Part shown: positions 51,601-64,000 of the stretch, in pieces
Layout: each line of letters begins with the position of its first letter
Position numbering within the stretch: the first letter of the stretch is position 1
Assembly (NCBI RefSeq): GCF_006345805.1
Contig: NC_043006.1
Span: 7,130,001-7,194,000, forward strand
Direction of reading: 5' to 3'
DNA: 64,000 nucleotides
DNA from: Octopus sinensis
Lineage: Eukaryota
The notes under the pieces: generated by a model
What the model saw: the letters and a program-made list of their open reading frames with translations, nothing else
Databases searched by the model: none
What the model was told of the DNA's origin: nothing
Program-made: the position numbers and the translations under genes

Positions 51601-53449
51601 TGGCACAGTTGATTCAAGTTGTTAATGGAGAAGGTTTAAGAACGTCACTAAATATTGCAACATTTGGCTTAGATAACTTTCGGACGTAGATATGATATTA
51701 ACAAATTACATTTCTATAAAAAGATTCCAAAAAGTCGTAATACACACATAATATCTAGAAACAATTATTTCATACTCGTAATATCTGGTGCAGTAACTAG
51801 TCCTCTGATATTTCTCTTTCATGCATATGATAACAATAGTTCGATCATTTATTATTTTTCAGTGCGTCCTTATGTGTCAGCGATTATTGCTATTTTTATT
51901 CATATTTGTATCTGTGTTCTTTCGGTCATTGCCCTTCAGATGATTCTGCAGTTTAGTTTTTTCTCCTTTGTGTCTTAGATTAAAATAATTATTGGGATCA
52001 ATAACTGGATTTGATAGAAATTTTATTAACTCAGATATTGGTACAGCTATTGCCACTCTTATGAAGGCTGCCATGACCATTGCAATGACAACAACAACGA
52101 TAATTTTGATGATGATATCAACAATGTCGTCATTCACTTGATGGTCATAATAAATTTTGTGATAGCATTTACATTTATCATTAATTTTTTGCTACTGTTA
52201 TGCCTGATATTGCTTACGCATATTCTAAGTAACTTCGCGTGCTTACGATGTTGATACTGCCAAAGACAGATTCGTTTTAAATAGTGGAAAATTTTCCCAG
52301 TAGCTATCTATTATTGCCAAAATATGTTGACTGTTGTTTAGAATTTCACTTCGTGTTTCGAAACGAAGCCTACATATGTAGTATATGGATGCTGGAATTT
52401 TACCTGTTTCTCGCTCTCTAAATAAACTTCGCTATAAGAAGTAAATTATTGCTTTCTGGGATAAATTGAAAATTTCCTCAATAAACAAATTGAAAGTTAA
52501 AAGGATTGGCTTCTGTTTTCGTTTGAGAACGTAATTTATTGTTCCATAGATGACCTGTACTCTTTTGATTTCGGATATGTGCGAAATTTACATGGGATTT
52601 AAGAAGGTTATTAGCTTGTTTTATGAATTGAAACAAATTCTTGCCTGCAAGTTTAGCAAGTAAATTTCACTGTAAGCTTTCGGAACTTTCATATGTTGAT
52701 CTTCTCCAAATCCATACAATATTTAAAATGTAATACAACGTTATTAATAATGTAAAATTAAAGTCTATTCACGTAGTCGTGATGCTTTACCGCAACGGTA
52801 TTTTTCTTTTCATATGTATGGCTTTCAGCATGACTTGTGAGATATTAATCTGCTTTGATGATTTACATATTATATTGGTTGGACAAAGCAATGTCCAATC
52901 GTATAAGTTTCTTAATTTGTATTCACTAATATTCTGGACATGTACGTTCCGACTTTTCAAACATTTATGCAATGCATCTTAATTAAATAAACTTTCTGAG
53001 GGGATACGAAAGTCATTAAATATTCACATCTTAATTATGATCAAAATAAAACTAGTGGACAGACATAACGTTTGAGATAGAGACAAAATGTCTGGCAGTA
53101 TCATTTGTATCCATAAAGGCCTCATTTGAAATCCCGCTGCGGTAAAAGTTCCAGCTATATATCACCAGTAATGAAATTGAATCTATCGATTGCACTCTGC
53201 CCCCACCTCCTCCACCCGTACACCAAAAAACAAAAAAACTACATGTACATCTATATCAATAACAGAAGAAGTATTAGCAAGTAAAATGTGATATTTCTGC
53301 AGATAGCCTGTAGATATAAAAGATTTCAGTTATAACGCTATTGATGATTTTCATAAAATTCACACTACAAACAAAAGCAAATTTATCACATTAATTATTT
53401 TCTAAATGTGTTGCGCCAGTTGGAAAGATCTTCAAATATACGGAAACCA

Positions 53450-53680
53450 AGGCGAGCTGGCAGTATCGTTAGGATGCCGGACGAAATGCGAAGCCATATT
53501 TCGTCTGCCGTTACGTATAGAGTTCAAATTCCGCCGAGGTCGACTTTGCCTTTCATCCTTTCGTGGTCGATAAATTAAGAACCAGTTACGCACTGGGGTC
53601 GATATAATCGACTTAATCCGTTTGTCTGTCCTTGTTTGTCCTCTCAGTGTTTAGCCCCTTGTGGGTAGTAAAGAAATAAA
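53450..53680 (+). mobile_element. Family A SINE
   Basis: GGCGAGCTGGCAG head through GTAGTAAAGAAATA tail. Confidence 0.9.
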
Positions 53681-54624
53681 TATTATATACGATATAAGCT
53701 TCATATAATTTCATTTCCTTGTGTAGTTACAGTAGGGAGTAAAACTGTTAATCGTGTCGAAAGAAGTTCTCAAATATTGAAAAAGAAATTCTACTTTGAT
53801 AACGTACGTTAAACAGTTTCACTGGAACAGAATAGTATCTAGTTGCATGTAATGGATTAAAAACATTTAGATAAACACCATTGTGTTGCATGGTTTTCCT
53901 ATGCAGCGAGTTCAGAAGCTCCTGGAACTCTACTAATATAGTGAATGGGTGAACAAAACTTCCCTTAATAGTTTAAAAGCAAATGGGAAAATCACTCTAA
54001 TATGTGATAAAATACAAAATCTGCCACGTTATATCTGATATTGTACTATGCATATGAATAGTTGATGCAAATGTCAAAGAGTTCCACCAATAATTAGAGA
54101 TTCATATAAACTTCAAAATAGTTAAAAGTTAAATAAATAGCTTAAAGATATAAAAGTTTCGTTGCTTGATAACAAACGCGAAACAATTTCATCAAAAGAC
54201 CTCAAAATATTCAATGAAGAAACGCAAATGATAATAATGTCTTCAAACTGTGTTGCATCGATTTTCGATGCATAAAACTTTATCAAATGTTTTCCAGATA
54301 ACCAACGCCTTGTAGACGTTTAAACTAGTAATCACAATGGCAGATAGAGTGTACGTGAAATGTTTTGCAACTTAAAGTATGCTGAAAGTATCAACAAGCA
54401 AATCTATTCAACAGTTTACAATAGGTGCTTATCAGATTTGTGAAAACAAAAAAAAAAAAAATCAGTAACTGAGAGAATCTTTAAATAGTAGAAAGCAAAC
54501 GCATACATTATGTACGCGATCAGTAATTTTAGAACGAATAAGCTAATGATATTTTAGAAGAAATACCACAACACATTTTTGAACAGAAATATAAATATAA
54601 ATAAATGCATATTTAATGTATATA

Positions 54625-54660
<36 letters not shown>

Positions 54661-54704
54661 TATATATGCATATATATAATGTATATACATAATGTATATA
54701 TACA

Positions 54705-54880
54705 TATATATATAAAGCTGAAGTTGTTTGTGTATGGCAGGTTTGGTAGCCTTCAACTAACACTATCTCCTCCGAGACCCTGCGGCACAAGTTGGCCAAA
54801 ATCGAGAGTACGATAGAAAAAGGCTTGCTCTTCCTTCAGTAGAAGAAAAAAATCAAATCGGATCATATGTTGGATGATTA
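54705..54880 (+). mobile_element. Possible Helitron-like 5' fragment of another family
   Basis: ATATATAAAGCTGAAGTTGT start resembles non-autonomous Helitron 5' ends; 3' CTAG end not seen. Confidence 0.35.
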
Positions 54881-54981
54881 ATAAATTAGCCATCTAATCC
54901 ATTAAACATACTCAATGACACGTATGAGAGAATAGTGTGAAATTGACAACCGTGGGTAGAGGGAACCAGTAGCTATAAAAG

Positions 54982-55190
54982 AAGGCGGCAAACTGGCAGA
55001 ATGGTTAGCCCAACAACCAAAATGCTAAAAGGTATCTGTCTGTTGTTACGTTCTGAGCTCAAATTGCGCAGAGGGCGAATTTGTATTTCATCACTTTTTG
55101 GGTCGTAATATAAGTACTGAATCTGTTCAAGGTAATCGACCAACATCCTCCTCCGAAATTGCAGGATTTATGCCAGCATTTGAAACCAGT
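54982..55190 (+). mobile_element. Diverged family B SINE
   Basis: AAGGCGGCAAACTGGCAGAATGGTTAG head; TTACGTTCTGAGCTCAAATT. Confidence 0.65.
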
Positions 55191-56774
55191 ATAATGATAT
55201 GCAAAATATCATATGAATGCACACACTAATACACACAAATATGCATATTTATTTACTATTCTTACTTTATGTATCATGAAACACAAATCATGAGTTCGCA
55301 CAACCCAAGCTACATTCTTTCTCTAATACGATCTAATTTGGGGAGATGTACTTGCATAGCAAGTGATTTGATCTGAGATCGTGTGCTGGAACGAAAACAG
55401 TTGCAGCGTGGAAGGTGTTTGTAAGCCATTTAAGAAACACACAAAAGCCGTTCGATTCACTTCAACATTTAAGTTTAATTTGTCAAAATATTTTCGTCGC
55501 TATGAGACCGCGACCTGTTCACTGACAAAAATCCCTGCTGCATCTAATTTGGTTCTATAGCAATAATAATTATAAGAAACAATGGGGAACTGAAAAAATA
55601 TGCTATATTTAGTAAAACTCTAATGTTAATGCTAGTTTCCAACATGACTGTTTTCTTACATCGCTTAAACAAAGAAAATAAATAAAAAAGGTTCGTTGAT
55701 TGATAACAAACGCGAAACAATTTCATTAAAGGACGTCAAAATATTCAGGGAAGAAACGAAAACGATAGAAAACCCTAGAAGCTCCTAGAAAATTCAAACT
55801 AACGAGAAATATAACTGTAGAAATATTTTAGTACAGAGTATTTTCTAATTTTGTGTATCTACGTATGTGCGTACCTGTGTGTTTATGAGTGAGTGCATGT
55901 ATGTGTTTGCACGTACGTGTGTCTGTGTTTATCTGCGCGCGCGCGTGTGTGTGTTTGTGTGTGTCTATGTTTGTGTGTGTGTGTGTGTATGTGTTATAAA
56001 CTTTCTAGCTACTAAACGTAATCAACAATAATGGCCAAAAGGGTTTCTGTATCAGTTTCAGAAAAAAATTCGATAGAAATAAAAATTTCTGGAGCAGCGT
56101 ATGGGGATATAAATATATATGTCTCACATTTTGCTTAACTATAATAAGGACGTTATCGGTTAATAGGAACCGAATATGTATGTGTGCGTGTGTGTGAGTG
56201 TGTGTATGCATGTACTTTCATGAATGTGAGATCATATGTGTACGTATATATATTAGAAGAAATGAGGTACTCAGAAATTCGGATGGTTTTATATTTACAG
56301 ATATTTATTTGTATATTACATGTTTTTATACATCATATATCATATATCATATATCATATATCATATATTATATATTAGCGCTTTCGTCCATTCTAGTGGA
56401 GTTGTCAAATTCAACTAAATTCTTGCAGGAATTTCGATTCTTTTTATAGTATTATTGAGTGTGTAGTGGTGGGGAGGGGTATAAGATAGTACGAGAGGGT
56501 GATGAATGGAGAGAAAATGAGAGAGAGCATGTGTGTGTTTGTGTTTGTGTGCGTGTGTGTGTGGGCATGTGTGTGTGTGTGTGTGTTTTTGTATCTGAAA
56601 GTGGTGTTAAAGAAAGAGAAGGAATGGAAGAAAAGGGAGAGAAAGAAGAAAAATAAATTTTGTTGATCTCTTTGCAGCTGGTCAGGTTGGCAATGATAAT
56701 CGGCTGTTTACTCCAAGGGGGGCAAAATGTCACTTTTCAAAACATTGTCTGGATTTCTTTTTTTATTATTGTCT

Positions 56775-56810
<36 letters not shown>

Positions 56811-56889
56811 TGTGTGTGTGTCTGTGTGTTTGTATCTGATTGCATTTTAGTGATGGTAAATTTGTGGGGGTGGTGGTGGTGGTGGTAGC

Positions 56890-57010
56890 GTCGGAAAAAT
56901 GCTCAGTGGCATATCTTCCGACTCTACGTTCTGGCGGGCGATTTGAGTCCGTACATTTTTTCAGGTTTGAAACAATAAGTACTTATTGAGCACTGGAGTC
57001 GATGTAATCA
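56890..57010 (+). mobile_element. Diverged family B SINE remnant
   Basis: AAATAAGTACTTATTGAGCACTGGAGTCGATGTAATC-like motif. Confidence 0.45.
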
Positions 57011-58108
57011 ACTTTAATATAACCTTATTGTTTTGTTATTATTATTTTTAATATTATTCATTTTCAAACTCAGTACCTTTTCATTATTGCTTTATTTATA
57101 ACATGCCCGTTTACAAGTGTGTACGTGTATTAGAGGGTGTAAACACATATAGATACAGAGCTGAATTCTTACATAAAAGATAGTTAGTGTGATAGATTCA
57201 TAGACTGTGATATTGATACATACATTCTTCTGTAAATTCTTAGTCATATATTAATGGGTTCTAGCAATTAATTGTGTTTCATATTACTTTATATTGATTC
57301 GAGATTAATGTGGAATACAATTCATTCAATAATGATGTAATTTCGTTATTTAATTGAATGTCTGTATATATTAGTAAAATCGAATTTATTTTAATTCAAT
57401 GTATTCCAATATTGTTTGTACAACACCATCAATGCTATCTTTATTTTTTGCATGCGTTATTGCTCATAATTCTATATTGTAGATAAGATCTTGCAGATAA
57501 GATCCAGCGTCAAATTTTATATCGTAGCAAATACTTGAACGAAATGATATTGCCAGTAAAGTGTTGTAAATATAAATCATTGATTCACCAACGTTGACTC
57601 TAAGGGAATAACAATTTATTAGAAAGGTAGTATTTGTAACTAGCATGTTATGTATAGATTTTCGAGGCACAGAGCTGAAAATAGAATTCTAATACCTCAT
57701 ACCAGTAATGGAATGCATTACTGAATATGTAAAATTATTGCTATTTCATGACTATATGAACGCCTCACTTTTGTGACAATGTAACATGAATCGGATCTTG
57801 TGGATTTTAAACTGAGCTAGTGTTCTGAAAGCATTGCAATAATGATGGCGTATATGGCAGATAATGTTTTGAAGACAGATGATAACATCTATCTTCCAAC
57901 AAATAAGTAAAGCCCTATATGTTTTCTGCTGAAAACGTATAATATTTTGATTGTTTTTAAATATCTAATCTAGACTGTGATGACGTTTGAAGAGTGTGTG
58001 TCATGGAAACTACTAAATTTAAAATGGAAGATACTATTGAATGTATCTGCATGGTGTGCAGATTACGTATTCATACATTTACAGTAACACTCACGCACAC
58101 ACACAAAG

Positions 58109-58192
<84 letters not shown>

Positions 58193-58201
58193 ATATTATA
58201 T

Positions 58202-58282
<81 letters not shown>

Positions 58283-58283
58283 G

Positions 58284-59433
58284 TGTTTCCTGACAGACAG
58301 ATCTCAACATGTTGTAGTTTGAAGGGGTAAAATCAAGCCCAGCCAAAGTCAGTATTGGCGTTCCGCAAGGCACTGTGCTGGCCCACTTCTTTTCCATCAT
58401 TTACATTAATGACATTAATGACATCATCAAGCACAGCAACCATAAAATCTTTGCAGATGACTCCAAGCTACAGAAGGTCATAAATGAGGCGAGTGACCGG
58501 ACATGCCTTCATCAGATCTACTGGCTGTTATCCAATGGGCAGAAAAAACATATGCTGCTGAACGAGGATAAATTTGAGCTAATCCACTTTGGAAAAAGAG
58601 GATGCCCTGAAACTCCCATACTCCCTTCCTTCAGGTGAAACTCTCGCGGCGTCCAACAACATCAGAGACTTGGGAGTAATTGTGGACAACAACGTAAGCT
58701 GGGCCACTCATATAAACACCAAAGTTGACATGGCCCGCAGAATGTGTTCCTGGATTCTCAGAACTTTCCAGTCGAGAGATATCCACACCATTATCCTTCT
58801 CTTCTCCACTTTTGCCCGACCCCACCTTGAATACTGTTGTCCACTGTGGTCTCCCCACACAATACAAGGTATCAAAAAAAGTCGAAGCGACCTCAAAGGG
58901 CAATCACAAAAAAGATAGATGGCATGACAGGCCTCGACTATTGGGGTCGACTAGAAAAGCTAAAACTCTATTCTCTCCAACGTCGTCGTGAGCGCTACAT
59001 CATCTGCATGATGTGGAAAATATTCCATCAGCATTGCCCAAATGATGTTGGCATCACCTTTAAGGTACATCCAAGGCTTGGGCCCCGTGCCATCCGCCCA
59101 AAACAAAAATCGCACTCTCATCTCATAACAACAATACGGCACAATTATTTCACCTCAATTGGCCCCGCTCTCTTTAACATTACACCAAAAACACATTAAA
59201 ACAGAAACGACCCTATAGGGTTCAAGAAGTCTTTGGACAGATTCCTTCAAGAAATCCCGGATAAACCCCCTACACCCGGATATGTCTCTGTAAACATAAC
59301 TCTCTACTTGAGTGGGCCATAGTGCCCAAATTCTGACTTGAAAGACTTCACCAGGGGTGGTGCTATTAAGTTAGACATGGCCTGGGCCAATAATGGCCGA
59401 AACACTATCAAAGTATCAAAGTATCAAAGTATA
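58284..59433 (+). mobile_element. 5'-truncated CR1/L2-group LINE (RT C-terminal half and 3' end)
   Basis: GVPQGTVL, YIND, KIFADDSKL, RDLGVIVD, RPHLEYCCPLWSP, LYSLQRRRERY across frameshifted ORFs 58375, 58589 and 58837. Tail (ATCAAAGT)x3; (TA)n on both sides. Confidence 0.92.
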
Positions 59434-59467
59434 TATATATATATATAAGTATATGTATATATATATG

Positions 59468-59500
<33 letters not shown>

Positions 59501-59654
59501 GTATTATATATGTATATATATATTGTATATATATATATGCATATATATATATGTATATATATATGCATATATATATATGTATATATATATGCATATATAT
59601 ATTGTATATATATATGTATTATATATATATTAATATATACTATATATATACATA

Positions 59655-59760
<106 letters not shown>

Positions 59761-60599
59761 CAGATATATATATATAACAGCAGACGGATAATGGGTCATT
59801 CAGTACAGTTGTTTCAAACGAAATTTTCAATTGATGAACAGAGATATATCATGTGAAAAAAAACCCATTTTTAATCAGGTAAATGCACTCAAATTACAGA
59901 TTTAAAACATTCCAAAAGTCAAAAGTTTGTACCACTTCATGATCCTCTGACCAGTAATAATCAAAAGAAATAATTGACATGCTCAGGTTAGTAGTTAATA
60001 TAGGAAAAAATATTTCGTTGACAGTAAGGAAGGAGGGGAATATTTATAACCGTAGGAAGAATAGAGGAAAGGGTATAATAATATTCGGTACAATATCTAT
60101 AATACAAAGCCATGTTTAATTCATAACCTTTAAGAGACTGGAGGACAGAGATCTAGACAAAAGACCTTAAAAGATAACGAGGGAGTTGAGCAGGGGATAT
60201 AAATTAGAGGATGAAAATTTGATATCATATTCTGACATCGAAGATGAGTTTAATTTAGTTTATTATTAATTTATTTTATTTAAATTTATATTCGGAAACT
60301 ACTGTTAGTGTGGATCTATAGACTATTAAATGCAGTTCAATTGGTGCAGTGTGCGTTCCTAAATACAACCATGAAACTCATACTCAGTCGGGTGCAATTA
60401 ATCGCATATACAACCGGAATAATAATCTGTCTGTACATCGGTGTGTGGATATTTGCTCTTATACATTCTTCATATACACAATTCCCTTCATTTAACCCGA
60501 GCCGGTGTTTTACTGTTTAAGTACCTAATTCAATTGAATCCTGAACTCATGTATATGTTTGTGCACATACATACATACATACATACATACATACATGTA

Positions 60600-60639
60600 T
60601 AGAGACAGATAGGTAGATAAATAAATGAATAAATAGAAT

Positions 60640-60676
<37 letters not shown>

Positions 60677-60685
60677 GAGATAGAG

Positions 60686-60753
<68 letters not shown>

Positions 60754-60754
60754 G

Positions 60755-60790
<36 letters not shown>
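60600..60790. repeat. (GATA)n microsatellite
   Basis: Directly visible. Confidence 0.95.
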
Positions 60791-60791
<1 letters not shown>

Positions 60792-61498
60792 CCGAGTGAA
60801 AGAGCGAACAAAAGGTAGAAGTACTCAAAACTTTGGTTGGAATTACATTTATGAAATAACAGTTTCAATCAGCCCCACATGACTTGAAGTTTCGTGGTTA
60901 AATGATACTTCCATGCGATCAGGTGGTCTACAGGGAGCCAACGATCTTATCTGAGGAGGATATCGAAACATAAACCACATTATCAAAAAATGGGAGATTA
61001 ATGTGTTTCGAAGGTTGAGCTGTAATTGCAATAAAATCTGATCTTACATTTAAGCACATCACTAAGTATGCTCAAACGCTCGAGGAACGACCCAAACTCC
61101 CGAAAGCAATGGAGTTGCACTTCATAAAGAAGTTCGTACCAAAATTAAACGCTTGAAAAAAAAAGGAAACATTTGAAAATATGTGAAGAAAAATTCATAG
61201 CTCCGCGAGATAAAGGGCCTATAATTCATAAAAATAGTCCTCAACAAGAATTAACATAAATATATATTTTTTTGAAATTCCGCCTACGAGAATTGTATAC
61301 GAATTTGATTGTATATATGTTAAAGATCATCTCAAGCCATCGCTAAAATCTTTTTACAATTTTGTTGTTGGACCTTGCTAAACACTCCAGATTTCGAAAT
61401 TCTATAAGAACAGCTGATTTCCCTCTTGTGAACGTGGATCTCTTTCTCCCTTAGAAAATTCGAGGCTGTAGCTTTAAAATATATTCAAAATAAAACAG

Positions 61499-61656
61499 CT
61501 CACAAGACATTGGTCGGCCCGGGGATATAGCAGAAGACACTTGCTGCGTGGCATCTTGGGCAAGTGTCTTCTGCTATAGCCCCGGGCCGACCAATGCCTT
61601 GTGAGTGGATTTGGTAGACGGAAACTGAAAGAAGCTTGTCGTATATATGTATATAG

Positions 61657-61691
<35 letters not shown>

Positions 61692-61920
61692 ATATATATA
61701 TATTGTGTGTGTTTGTGTGTATGCGTTTGTCCCCCTAGCATTGCTTGACAAACCGATGCTGTGTGTTTACGTCCCCGTAACCTAGCGGTTCGGCATAAGA
61801 GACCGATAGAATAAGTACTGGGCTTACAAAGAATAAGTCCCGGGTTCGATTTGCTCGACTAAAGGCGGTGCTCCAGCATGGCCGCAGTCAAATGACTGAA
61901 AAAAGTAAAAGAGATAAGAG
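61499..61920 (+). mobile_element. Family F SINE with head replaced by an inverted internal segment
   Basis: 61499-61544 is the reverse complement of 61560-61605; the normal F body follows. Confidence 0.85.
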
Positions 61921-62193
61921 AGAGAGAGAGCTAACCAAAAATAGAGGAATTTGCAAATATAATTGGTGACATCATTGTGTATTGCTATTTTTTTTAGATT
62001 CCTTTTTGCAGTCTGAAGGACAAATACTCGGGAAAAACAGTAGTGGCTAAAATTACAAAGCTATCCAAATCTATTTAACCAAAAAGATGAATCTTTAAGT
62101 ATATTATTTTTTTAAACTCATAATGTGTACTTATGTATGTATGGTGTGTTTATGTTTGCACAGCTATGAACATGTATGTACATAGACGTCTTT

Positions 62194-62227
<34 letters not shown>

Positions 62228-62798
62228 ATGCGTGTGCGTGTGTATATATATTGATGTGTGGGCGTATAGTGAACTCAAAGAATCACTCTTTCGACATCAT
62301 CTGCAATTTCAAACAGAAAATCTTGACCATATCTATACTACTATTCTTTAACGAACATAAAAAAGCAAGTCCTGTAAATGTAATTATAATTTTTACTGAA
62401 GAAAATGAAAAACATCTGGTTTTTCAATTAAAACCTTGACCATTTCAAATTCAGAAATTTTTTTCCTTCCCCTCCTGAAAAGGCCACTAAGTGTTAAACA
62501 AACAAGACTGACTATAAAAAAGCCACGCTTCTTTACCCGCTCCTTCTAAAAAAAATTTGCTCATCTTTCTTTTCCCTTACCTGGCAAACCCCATAAAATT
62601 CTTAATAAAAAGGCCAAGAAATCTAAATCGATAACGGAAGAAAGCGATAAAATGTAAATAAAATATAAATAACTATTCTGGCCTCGTCAACGGGCTTGAT
62701 CCTTTTCCTCTCCAGCTTCTGCACCGAAGGCTTCGCAACACGCACGCTGCCTATGTTTTATTTCATTTATTAATATATATATATATATATAATATATC

Positions 62799-62834
<36 letters not shown>

Positions 62835-63228
62835 CTATATATATCTGTATATATAAAATGAAAGAATGGAGTCGAACGAAGATGTTAACAAAATTCCTTT
62901 ACTCTCGACATATTTTCATTCCAAAGGAATAAAGGGTGCATTATGTAATCTTCTCATCAGGAAAGAAAGGGAGCCTCTCTCGACAACAAGACAAAACAAA
63001 AATTTCGATGATTGCCTACATGGTAAACAAAGCGATAATAAGTGGTTTTTTTTTTTAAAATCCGTTAGAAGAATTGACGTCAGGTTTCGGTTAAACGAAT
63101 TTTCCATGCTGACGATAAACATAGGATAATTCATTCACCTACTTAAATATATATATATATATATATATTATAGCATATATATATATATATATATATTCAT
63201 CCAACATTTTAACTACCTTTTATTTAAA

Positions 63229-63299
<71 letters not shown>

Positions 63300-64000
63300 T
63301 ATATATTATATAGTTTTAGTTTGCGATTGATAAATCAGTGAGAGAAATAAAATATATATACATTAGTTTTCTTTCCTCTCACTGCTGTATCAGTTCCCAC
63401 TATAATTTTCGCCCTTCACTTTAGCTAGTACATACTCTAACTTGTAAAATCTACATCTATTTTTTGAAACTTGACCATTATATGTCCACATTTACCTCTT
63501 AATTCCGAGCACTCCCCCTCATTATTTCACCCCTTTCCCTCCTTCTTCAGGTTAACTACTCACATTTAGTACTCCTTCTTTATCTATTCCTCCACCTTAA
63601 TGCCTGTTCAAACTTATCCCCCACCCCAACTTTTCATACATACTCTTTTCTTACTTTCGTATCTCTTCTGTCTACCCCTCCCTCTATTCCTTTTATCTAT
63701 CGATAGCTCTCCTCTCCCTTCTCCCTTATAATATCTTGACCAGCACTCATCTTTTCTTTTATCTTTTTTTCTTCTTTTCCCTCCCCTTCCTCCACTCTAG
63801 CCGTTAAAAAACACCACCGTCTCCCATACATACTTCTTCCTTCTCACATTCTTATCTATTCATTTCTCTCTTTATCTACTTCCCCTTAACACTATAAATC
63901 TTAACATTCATTTATACTGGAAGATCTTTTTGAATGAACAACACACGCCATTAATACCATTTGTGAAATAACAACATATGAATTCTTATTGAACTTTACA

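Noticed and set aside
60945-60980. CTGAGGA-GGATATC-GAAAC as a hammerhead
   Set aside because: No GUH triplet or stem I/III pairing follows.

Overview
AT-rich, repeat-dense animal genomic DNA, most likely an octopus (coleoid cephalopod). That assignment is inferred from my recollection of its tRNA-headed SINE families, not from a search. I cannot support any protein-coding gene. Almost every ORF in the track is a translated microsatellite or a transposon relic, so the window is intergenic or lies inside a very large intron. Contents: more than 20 SINE copies from several families, many with clear target-site duplications (TSDs); three Tc1/mariner relics and a mini-MITE; four or more non-autonomous Helitron copies; LINE fragments of CR1/L2, RTE, R4/Dong-like and HERO-like type; a Penelope-like (PLE) GIY-YIG relic; and many microsatellites. 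The most interesting signal is a set of minimal type-I hammerhead ribozyme (HHR) motifs with palindromic (dimer-type) stem III. Two lie inside 0.5-0.6 kb elements with long terminal inverted repeats (45508-46014, canonical core; 15619-16247). A third family (27835, 42768, 14560) carries U instead of A at core position 6 in all three copies. PLE-associated minimal HHRs are known in animals; whether these families and architectures are described needs a database check. Other structures worth checking: dimeric SINEs with a shared junction, head/tail-swapped SINEs, a 5'-inverted SINE, several long fold-backs, and a Helitron copy bracketed by a 32-bp direct repeat that shares a 13-bp flank with a neighbouring copy. 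Coordinates were counted by hand and may be off by a few bases.
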